IMG/VR virus record: IMGVR_UViG_3300025121_000014 | Span: 128,001 to 192,000 of that record | Direction: 5' to 3' (one strand) | Length of the DNA: 64,000 bases | From: a virus | Lineage: Duplodnaviria; Caudoviricetes | Part shown: piece after piece, positions 19,208 through 27,659 of the stretch | How the letters are laid out: the number at the start of each line of letters is the position of its first letter | Position numbering within the stretch: position 1 is the first letter of the stretch | Program-made: the position numbers and the translations under genes | Notes under the pieces: model-generated | The model's database searches: none | Told to the model about the DNA's origin: nothing | The model's input: the letters and a program-made list of their open reading frames with translations, nothing else

Positions 19208-20827
19208 TATTTGATTATAAATATATTTTAAATTACCAGAATTATATATTCTATAAATTTTTCTTTCTAACATAATTTGATGTTCAGTTTTGTTAACATC
19301 ATAACCTTCTTTAATTAATTTATCTTTTCTGAAATTAAATCTATGGTGTCTAATTTGGTCAATAATATAATAATAATTAGGTGATGTTTTATGTATAAAA
19401 TCAAATCCTAAAACTTCATATAATTTTCCATTAGAATGACTTCTATCTGCATATGTAGTTATATTATCAAATTTATAATTTCTAATAAAATACTTAAATA
19501 ATTTACTAGCACATCCTATTACATTTGTATTAAGTTTATTACAAAACCTTAACATTTCATATTGTCCTTCGGTTTTTGAAGATGAATTCATAGATTTTCT
19601 TAATTTTCCAAAAGTCATTAATGAAATTAATTCATTTTCATAAAATAAACCTAATTTAATTTTACTTCCTACAAAACCTTGAATATGATTTTCATCTAGA
19701 AATTTTCTAACTAATTTATTATCAATTATTTCTTTAACTTCTGTTTTTCTAGCGTATATTTTGTTTGGTGTTCTACCTAACTTATTCAATATCATTGATT
19801 TAACTATATCTTGTTTATATACCCAATCATCTTCATATATATGAATTAATTGAATATTTTTTTTATCACATAATTCAGTTTTATCTAAATGATAATTATT
19901 CGGTCTATATAATTCATTATGCCAATAAACACCATTAAATTCAAATGCTAATTTTAAATCAGGGATATAAATATCTAATTCTTTTCCATCTAATATTTTT
20001 CTATCATTTGTTATTATTAAATTATTATAATTTTCTTTTATAAAATCTAATAATTTATTTTCTTTGTCAGAACCAGGATCATTAATAGGATTACATATTG
20101 TACATAATGTAGTATTAGTTTCTAATCTATTATAAAAAATTGTTTTAGGTATTTTACTTATATGATTATTACATTGATATATATAAGTATAATCTTCATA
20201 ATCAATATCAATAATATTGTTATTTTTATATTTTTGGATTAATTTATTTTTTTTATTAATTGTTTTTTTTTCTTGGGTAGATTTTAATTTTGATATATTA
20301 TCAACACCATATAATTTTAAATTAGTTTCTCTATATTTTTCTAAATTATTATAATTTTCATCACCATATTTTTCTTTTTTAGTAACTAACGATTGTTTAT
20401 GATTATTATAATTTTCATCACCATGTTTTTCTTTTTTAGTTTTTTTAATTTTTTCAATATGTTTTGTTGTTTTTGATGGGTGAGTCGTACCATATTTATC
20501 TAAACATGTTTTTATATATTTTTTACTATTTGTATAATTTTCATCACCATATCGTTCTTTTTTAGTTTTTTTCATTTTAATATATTTACATTTATTACAA
20601 TAATATAAGCCATCATCATATGTATTATTAATATATGTTCTATACTCCATATTTTTAATATCTCCACATATATCACATTTAACATCAATTTTAATTGGAC
20701 TGCCTTTAATTAAATCTTTTATATTTATATTTATAGTATCTCCTTTTTTGGCATCATAATTTTTATTTTTATAAAATGTAATATTTCTAGTACTTATATT
20801 CATTTTTACTTGTTCAGTTATAATCAT
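19202..20827 (-). CDS. Free-standing homing-type endonuclease (KYGxEN repeats + Vsr-like/PD-(D/E)xK nuclease + GNAT-like C-terminal domain)
   Basis: ELDIYIPDLKLAFEFNGVYWH; start set at MIITEQVK (20827) by comparison with paralog 27660..29276 and the upstream TATATA motif. Confidence 0.8.
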   Translation of the reverse strand: MIITEQVKMNISTRNITFYKNKNYDAKKGDTININIKDLIKGSPIKIDVKCDICGDIKNMEYRTYINNTYDDGLYYCNKCKYIKMKKTKKERYGDENYTNSKKYIKTCLDKYGTTHPSKTTKHIEKIKKTKKEKHGDENYNNHKQSLVTKKEKYGDENYNNLEKYRETNLKLYGVDNISKLKSTQEKKTINKKNKLIQKYKNNNIIDIDYEDYTYIYQCNNHISKIPKTIFYNRLETNTTLCTICNPINDPGSDKENKLLDFIKENYNNLIITNDRKILDGKELDIYIPDLKLAFEFNGVYWHNELYRPNNYHLDKTELCDKKNIQLIHIYEDDWVYKQDIVKSMILNKLGRTPNKIYARKTEVKEIIDNKLVRKFLDENHIQGFVGSKIKLGLFYENELISLMTFGKLRKSMNSSSKTEGQYEMLRFCNKLNTNVIGCASKLFKYFIRNYKFDNITTYADRSHSNGKLYEVLGFDFIHKTSPNYYYIIDQIRHHRFNFRKDKLIKEGYDVNKTEHQIMLERKIYRIYNSGNLKYIYNQIL

Positions 20828-20884
20828 ATTATTAGTTTTTATTTTATATATAAAAAGGTCAAAGTGTAAAATATCATTATTTAT

Positions 20885-21736
20885 ATGACCCGTCAAAGAA
20901 AATCGTTAAATCTTTAGTTTAAAGGATGAATTTGACATACCAAAATTAAAATTTACTGATATAGATTTACACAGAGAATTTAAAGGTGATATAAAAACTA
21001 TAACTATTTCAAAAACAACAACAAATAAATATTATATAAGTATTTTAGTCGATAACAAAAAAGAATTGCCTGAAAAACAACCAATTAAATTAGAAACAAC
21101 CGTTGGTGTCGATTTGGGAATTAAAGATTTTGTTATCACTTCAGATGGAAAGAAATTCAAGAACCAAGATTTCTTTAAATCTGCTTTAAAGAAACTAAGA
21201 GTTGAACAGCGTTCCCTTAGTAGAAAACAAAAAGGATCAAACCATTATTTAAATCAAAAATTAAAGGTTTCATTATTTCACGAACACATTAAAAACCAAA
21301 GAGAAGATTACTTACATAAAATAACTAAATACCTTGTAGATAATTATGATACAATTTGTATAGAAAATCTTGGTGTTTCTAATATGATGAAAAACAATAA
21401 GTTAAGTCGTGCTATAAGTGATATGGGTTGGTTTAAATTTAAATCATTTCTTGAATATAAATGTGAATGGTATGGAAAGAATTTAAGTGTGATTGGTAGA
21501 TTTGATCCTTCATCAAAAACATGTTCTGTTTGTGGAAAAATAAATAAAGAATTAACATTAAAAGACAGAAACTGGAAATGTAATTACTGTGGAACAGAAC
21601 ATGATAGAGATATAAATGCTGCAATTAATATAAGAAATTTTGGGTTGAGGAACCAACCTAGCGTTACACAAAGTGAATGGTTGCATTGTGCTTGTAGCGT
21701 AGAAACACACAAATCTTCAGTTTGTGCGTAGTTCAT
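20885..21736 (+). mobile_element. Internally deleted IS200/IS605 element
   Basis: TTTAT then LE atgacccgtcaaag...gaatttgac fused directly to mid-tnpB; RE ends GTAGTTCAT at 21736. Confidence 0.9.
20937..21731 (+). pseudogene. tnpB: 5'-truncated tnpB (RuvC and Zn finger retained, N-terminal lobe and start codon lost)
   Basis: Frame IPKLKFTD...VGVDLG...IEN...CSVCG...CNYCG...DRDINAAINI; in-frame TAA at 20907 and no in-frame ATG ahead of RuvC I. Confidence 0.85.
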
Positions 21737-21776
21737 ATATTTTTAATTTGAATTAGTTTATTTAATATATAATGTT

Positions 21777-24026
21777 ATGATTAAATTATTTATAAAACAG
21801 ATAATATATTTAATAATAGAATTATTAGAAAAAATGGAATATAAAAATAATTCATTTGATGAAAATAATCCATTAAAAAAAATTATTAATACTATTCCTA
21901 TTGATAATGTTTCTATTGAAACCGATTATGGGTTTGTTCCTATAACTGAAATGAATTTAACTGCGCCATTATCATTATATAGATTAGAATTAGATAATGG
22001 AGATTGGTTAGAATGTGCAGATGATCATATAGTATTCACAGAAGGACATCAACAAAAATTTGTTAAAAATTTAACAACAGATGATAAAGTATTATGTAGA
22101 GAAAATTATATTGAAGGTATAAAAGTTAAATCAGTTAAAAATCTTAAAAGAAAAGTTAGTTTAATGGATATTACAGTAGATACTAATGAAAAAAGTTATT
22201 TTGCTAATAATATCTTAAATCATAATACAGTTTCAGCCGCAATTGTAATATTGCATTTTTGTTTATTTAAAGAAAATAAAGGTGTTATGGTTGTAGCAAA
22301 TAAAGGAAAAACAACAATAGAAATTATAGAAAAAATAAAAAGTATTTATAAATTATTACCATTCTTTTTAAAAGCGGGTATTATTAATTGGAATCAATCA
22401 AGTATTACTTTTGACAATGGTTGCCAAATTAAAACGGAAAAAAGAACTAAGGAACCTGCAATCGGTTTTACAATAGATCTCCTTTATCTTGATGAATTTG
22501 CTCATATACCTGAGAATTATATTGTACCGTATTATACTGCGGTTGTACCAGTTGTATCTAGTATTGAAAATTCAAAAATTATTATCACATCTACGCCAAA
22601 AGGATTAAACTTATTTCATAAATTATTAATAGAATCTGAATTACCAGAAGATGATCCTAATTGGAATGGTTATCGTTCTTTAAGAGTATACTGGTGGCAG
22701 GTAAAACATAGTAGAGATACAAAAATATTCTTTAACGAAAAGAAATTAAGAAAATATAAATTAAATAAAACTGAATTAAAACAATTCTTAATTGAAAATA
22801 AATATAACATTTATGAAAAAAACGAAAATAATTTAAATGGTATATTTATAAATTATGAACCAAATGAAGAAAGTACTCAGATTGATTATATAAGAAACTT
22901 AAGATATAACGAATTACCTTTATCTGAATTAGGTATGATTACTAATTGGGAGGAACAACAAACTAAATTGATTGGCGGAGAAGATGGTTTTAAACAAGAA
23001 TATGATCTTCATTTCTTAACAGGTAATAAAATGTTATTTGATAGTGTTCTTCTAGAAAAAATGATGGAAGACAAATTACCATTTGAATATTATAGTATTC
23101 CTATATTTAATGAAAAATTAAAAATACCTTATAATAATTTAACATTTGTTAAAGGACAACCAGAATTATTTGATATGAAAAAAGTAAAAGATTATCATAT
23201 TTTTATATCAATTGATTTAGGTGAAGGATTAGGTCAAGATTATAGTGTTATTAATATATTTAGAGTAATGCCAAAAACATCAGAAGAATTAAATTATTTT
23301 AAAAAACGAATTGATGGATTGTATGATTATTTTAAACTTGAGCAAATCGGTATGTTTAAATCAAATATTTATTCAGTTAAAGAAGTATCATTAATATTAT
23401 ATATGATTACTTTCGAATTATTTAATGATAATAAAGTAAGAATAGCACTTGAAAGAAATGTATATGGTGATGAACTTATTGCTCATATGCCACATGTTTT
23501 TGACGATAACAATAATTATTCTAGTCACGTATTTTTAAGATATAAACATAATTTAGAACAAAAAACATCTAGAATGGGAATAAAAGTTAATAGGAATAAA
23601 TTATCATTAATAAAAGATTATCAAATACAAACGAAAAAGGGAAATATTGTTATTCGTCATTTAAATACTATTACCGAATTAAGTACATTTACTAAAAAAG
23701 AAACTCCTAGTGGTGGAATTACATATCAAGGAGAAAGTGGTCACGATGACCAGGCAATGACGGTTATTGTTTTAGCAACAATATTTAATCATGTAGGATG
23801 GAAAAATTGTATTGAAGAATTTATGAAAGAAAATAAAGATAATAGAAATCTAATACATAATGATTTTAACAAAATTGTTGATGAATATCAAGCAGATATT
23901 GGTGATATTAAAACGTTTCAAATTTCATATAAAAAGATTTATAATAAAAATTACAATCCTAAAAATCAAAAACAAGTTGGATATGGTGGTAAAATAGCAC
24001 CTCCCATTTTTCCAACAAGAAGATAA
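21777..24026 (+). CDS. terL: Long split-intein C fragment (150 aa, 21777..22226) + terminase large subunit C-extein
   Basis: Block B LECADDHIVF, block G YFANNILNHN/T; then Walker B LLYLDEFAH, TSTP coupling motif, nuclease SIDLGEG...HDDQAM. Confidence 0.92.
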   Translation: MIKLFIKQIIYLIIELLEKMEYKNNSFDENNPLKKIINTIPIDNVSIETDYGFVPITEMNLTAPLSLYRLELDNGDWLECADDHIVFTEGHQQKFVKNLTTDDKVLCRENYIEGIKVKSVKNLKRKVSLMDITVDTNEKSYFANNILNHNTVSAAIVILHFCLFKENKGVMVVANKGKTTIEIIEKIKSIYKLLPFFLKAGIINWNQSSITFDNGCQIKTEKRTKEPAIGFTIDLLYLDEFAHIPENYIVPYYTAVVPVVSSIENSKIIITSTPKGLNLFHKLLIESELPEDDPNWNGYRSLRVYWWQVKHSRDTKIFFNEKKLRKYKLNKTELKQFLIENKYNIYEKNENNLNGIFINYEPNEESTQIDYIRNLRYNELPLSELGMITNWEEQQTKLIGGEDGFKQEYDLHFLTGNKMLFDSVLLEKMMEDKLPFEYYSIPIFNEKLKIPYNNLTFVKGQPELFDMKKVKDYHIFISIDLGEGLGQDYSVINIFRVMPKTSEELNYFKKRIDGLYDYFKLEQIGMFKSNIYSVKEVSLILYMITFELFNDNKVRIALERNVYGDELIAHMPHVFDDNNNYSSHVFLRYKHNLEQKTSRMGIKVNRNKLSLIKDYQIQTKKGNIVIRHLNTITELSTFTKKETPSGGITYQGESGHDDQAMTVIVLATIFNHVGWKNCIEEFMKENKDNRNLIHNDFNKIVDEYQADIGDIKTFQISYKKIYNKNYNPKNQKQVGYGGKIAPPIFPTRR

Positions 24027-24041
24027 TGTAGTTCATTAAAC

Positions 24042-24160
24042 AAAAAATATCTATTTTTTCATTTTTGAAAAACTTATAATTATTTTCGAAATATAAGGTA
24101 TAATTGAAATAAATCCACCTAAATTAAAGATTTACTGGTTTTCTTTCAAAAAATTTATAA
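24042..24160 (-). mobile_element. Decayed IS200/IS605 left-end relic
   Basis: aaaaaatatctattttttcatttttgaa...aaatccacctaaattaaagatttactggttttctttc aligns by eye with 15841-15960 (tnpB upstream region + LE). Confidence 0.6.
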
Positions 24161-24175
24161 ATAAATTTAAAAAAA

Positions 24176-24958
24176 ATGGGAGAAATTAAATATAAAATTA
24201 CAAGTGATAATTTAACAAAAATAATAGATACAGTCAGAGATTTAAGCGTAATAGATAAAAAAGGTGTTATACGATTTAATAAAAAATATGTACTTATTTA
24301 TTCCTTAATAGGAGAAGGTGATGTTATAAATGTGTTTAAAAGTTTTGTATTTAAAACAGAAGAACTTTTTACAAATATAGATGAATTTGATGAAACAATA
24401 AATTTTGTCGTAAAGGATATGAAGAATCTTTATAGAACACTTAAAATAATGGCAGATTTAGGTGATAATGTAGACGGAAAAATATTTTTTGATGAAATAG
24501 GTAAACTATTTTTTTCAGATCGTTTATATTTTAAATCTACTAATAAATTAAAATTGAATTTTTATGGTAATGATCCTACTAAAACAAATACAAGAATAAC
24601 ATTAGATCAAATTAAAAAAATTGCTAATGTAGATAATTCGTCTTTTAATTTTAATTTAAAAAGTGAAGATTTTGTCAATATTAAAAAATTAGCATTACCA
24701 GATGATGAAATGGATATTTTTTATATGAATACATTTGAAAAAGATGGTGATTATTTTGTATCTATTGGGGAAACTAATTGGAACTTAACATTAGATCAAA
24801 TAGATCTAAAAGAAGAAAGAACACTAGCATTTCCAAAAAAGTATTTTAAAACTATTAATATAGATAAAGAAAATGTAAAAGTATATGTATTTGATACGTT
24901 TTTATTAGTATCTTCTGATAATTCTAATTTAATCATATCAATAGAAATAACTGTTTAA
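24176..24958 (+). CDS. Putative DNA sliding clamp (gp45/PCNA-like)
   Basis: 260 aa, two-domain alpha/beta pattern; FNLKSEDFVNIKKL and FPKKYF...VKVYVFDTFLLVSS resemble clamp domain 2. Confidence 0.5.
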   Translation: MGEIKYKITSDNLTKIIDTVRDLSVIDKKGVIRFNKKYVLIYSLIGEGDVINVFKSFVFKTEELFTNIDEFDETINFVVKDMKNLYRTLKIMADLGDNVDGKIFFDEIGKLFFSDRLYFKSTNKLKLNFYGNDPTKTNTRITLDQIKKIANVDNSSFNFNLKSEDFVNIKKLALPDDEMDIFYMNTFEKDGDYFVSIGETNWNLTLDQIDLKEERTLAFPKKYFKTINIDKENVKVYVFDTFLLVSSDNSNLIISIEITV

Positions 24959-25104
24959 CCATTAATATGAATATTCAAAAAAGTGGATATTAGTAGACGA
25001 ATATAATAACAATATAGAATTTAATAGTTTGTGTATAGTTCATCTAACAATGATTTTATATTAAAAGAACGATTTAAAAAAATTAAAAAAATACAAAATA
25101 AAAT

Positions 25105-26062
25105 ATGAATAGAAAACTAAATGTATTTTCCGCATTTGATGGAATAGGAACTGGATACCAAGTCTTAAAAGAATTAGGTTATGATTGCAATTATTATGCA
25201 TCAGAAATAGAACCAAATTCTATTGCCATTGCTATGAAAAATCATCCTGATATAATACAATTAGGCGATATAGAAGAAATTACAAAAGAAAGTTTTAATC
25301 ATGATATAGATTTAGTTATTGGTGGAAGTCCTTGCCAAGATTTATCAACTCTAATGCGAGAAGGCGAAGGTTTAAAAGGTAGTAAATCAAGATTATTTTT
25401 TAAATATTATGAATTATTACAAAAATTAAAACCTAAATATTTCCTATTAGAAAATGTTAAAATGAAAAAGGAATATGAAGAACAAATTACAAATTTATTA
25501 GGTATTCAACCATTGAATATAAATTCTAATTTGGTTTCGGCACAAAATAGAAATAGATTATATTGGACCAATATTCCAGTTGCATCTATTCCGGAAGATA
25601 AAGGAATTTTATTAAAAGATATTATAGAAGATGGTTATGTGAATAGATATAAATCAAATTGTATAACTGAAAGCACATGTAGAGCTTGTAATACTCCATC
25701 TGGTTTTCGAAGATATATTGCAAAAAAATATGGCACAATTTGTATTTAAAGATAAAGACGAATATCAAAAAATAGTCGGTATAACTGATGAAGATAGGAT
25801 TAAATATTCTAAATGGATATGGAAACAAAAAGCATCTGATTTAGTAGATGGTATTGATACACCACGAATTAGGAAAATGACTCCTAATGAAGTAGAAGCA
25901 TTACAAACTATGCCCAAAGATTATACTTATATAGAAAAATTATATTTAAATTCAAAAGGAATATATAATCAAAATAGTGGTGATTATATTAGAATATCAG
26001 TATTAGGAAATGGATGGACTAAAGATGTAATTAAACACCTTATGAAAAATATGAAATTTTAA
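25105..26062 (+). CDS. dcm: C5 cytosine DNA methyltransferase in two overlapping ORFs (25105..25749 and 25718/25730..26062)
   Basis: Motif I FDGIG, IV GGSPCQ, VI LENV, VIII QNRNRLYW in ORF1; IX RKMTPNEVEALQ and X LGNGW in ORF2; frames join at A7 run 25722-25728. Confidence 0.85.
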
Positions 26063-26101
26063 ATATTATTTTTAATATATATTATTAAAAAAATATTTAA
26101 A

Positions 26102-26578
26102 ATGAAACATATTAAAAAATTTGAAAATTTTAACAATAATATAAAAGAAGAACTCGATATTTCAACTTATACACGAGCGGCTGAAAAATTAAGAGGAAAA
26201 GGACACAATAGTAGAGCCGATGTATTAGATGCACACGCTAAAGAAAATATACAACCAGCAGAAGTAACCATTGATAATCAAATAGAACTAGTATTTCCAG
26301 AAAATATTAAATTATATAGTATTGAAAAAGATTGGTTAGGAATTTGGATTACTATTAAAGAAGAAGATATAGATGACGAAATAGGTATTAATATAGATTT
26401 TATTAAAAAAGGAGACGATTGGGAAATTGAGGTATCTGGTTTGATATTACGAGATAGAAAAAATGCTCGAAGTATTCATAGATTAATAACACAATGGGCA
26501 AAAATACAAAATAATGAAATTTTAAAAGATAATATACACAAATTGACAGTAAATGATTTATATGAATCTTTAATTTAG
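26102..26578 (+). CDS. Hypothetical protein with MKHIKKFENF capsid-targeting-like leader
   Basis: ORF track; TATATA motif upstream. Confidence 0.7.
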   Translation: MKHIKKFENFNNNIKEELDISTYTRAAEKLRGKGHNSRADVLDAHAKENIQPAEVTIDNQIELVFPENIKLYSIEKDWLGIWITIKEEDIDDEIGINIDFIKKGDDWEIEVSGLILRDRKNARSIHRLITQWAKIQNNEILKDNIHKLTVNDLYESLI

Positions 26579-26600
26579 TGGTTTTTTAAAAATATTAAAA

Positions 26601-27215
26601 TTACTTAATGAATTTTACTTCTGATTTTGGTTCCCATGTTTTAACATAAACGTTTCTTTCTTCATCAATTAGATGAGATAAATCTTCATTTTCGAAACTT
26701 TCGCCCCAACCATCTGAACACTGATTATCTAAATATTTTCTAATTAATTCTATTTGTTCATCTGTTATTTTATCATAAGTTTCAATTTCAACAATAAATT
26801 GACTATTTTTATCATCAACATCTATCATTTTAATATTAGATATTAAAGAATTATTCCATTTTTCTATAGAATTAAAATTATTACTAGTAGCTTCATAAAT
26901 TTTTAAAATATCATCTTGATTAATTTCGTCTAATTTTACATTTACCTTAAATGATTCTGATATTTCATTCCACAAATCTTCAATTACACTATCAAAAACC
27001 TCAATACTATTTAAAGCGATATAATCATCATCTTCGTCTTCTAATTCGTGTTCCGTTTCCATTTTATATTCATACTCATCTATAACATATTGTAAATCTA
27101 TACTATATTTTTTCTGTAATTTTTTTAAATCTTTTATACTTTCTAATGATACATTTGATTCGTCTATACAAAATGTTATGTAAGCTGGTATTGCAAATTT
27201 ATATTTATAACTCAT
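26601..27215 (-). CDS. Hypothetical acidic protein
   Basis: ORF track; QCSDGWGESFE motif. Confidence 0.7.
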   Translation of the reverse strand: MSYKYKFAIPAYITFCIDESNVSLESIKDLKKLQKKYSIDLQYVIDEYEYKMETEHELEDEDDDYIALNSIEVFDSVIEDLWNEISESFKVNVKLDEINQDDILKIYEATSNNFNSIEKWNNSLISNIKMIDVDDKNSQFIVEIETYDKITDEQIELIRKYLDNQCSDGWGESFENEDLSHLIDEERNVYVKTWEPKSEVKFIK

Positions 27216-27238
27216 AATTTATATTTTTTGAATATATA

Positions 27239-27652
27239 TTATACTTTATTTCCTAAAAGTTTAATATTTTTTTGAATATTATTTATTTTTTTTATTCTTT
27301 TTATATTTAATGGAGTTAACGATTCAACTAACCATAGATAAAATTTAACAAAATCGTTATTTTTAATAGTTAATTGAATTTCAGGTGAATTATGTTTAAT
27401 ATTCATATATCTTTTATTAGCATCAATATAAACACTATCTACATCAATAAATTCATCGCTTATTGAGTATATACTATTTGTTAATAATTTTAACATATGT
27501 AATCTTCCAAAACTACTATTAGCAATTATTTTATTATTTAAAAATAATATAACTTGTTGGAATATACCCTCGTCATCAAATCTACTACTTTCAAAACCGA
27601 TTACTAATTCGAATTTATATTCATCATAAATCCAATAATATTTTTCTACCAT
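27239..27652 (-). CDS. Hypothetical protein
   Basis: ORF track. Confidence 0.65.
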   Translation of the reverse strand: MVEKYYWIYDEYKFELVIGFESSRFDDEGIFQQVILFLNNKIIANSSFGRLHMLKLLTNSIYSISDEFIDVDSVYIDANKRYMNIKHNSPEIQLTIKNNDFVKFYLWLVESLTPLNIKRIKKINNIQKNIKLLGNKV

Positions 27653-27659
27653 TATATTT

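Noticed and set aside
20828-20896. ORF-track N-terminal extension (MTGHINND...) of the endonuclease
   Set aside because: It overlaps the IS left end and the promoter motif; the paralog begins at MIIT.
19208-21776. Group I intron explanation for the gap between the terL halves
   Set aside because: Both flanks carry intein motifs, the C half has its own start and promoter motif, and no intron core elements were recognised.
24960-25108. Possible decayed small ORF (YEYSKKWILVDEY... / ...FILKERFKKIKKIQNKI)
   Set aside because: The pieces are in different frames with stops and no clear start; too short to support.
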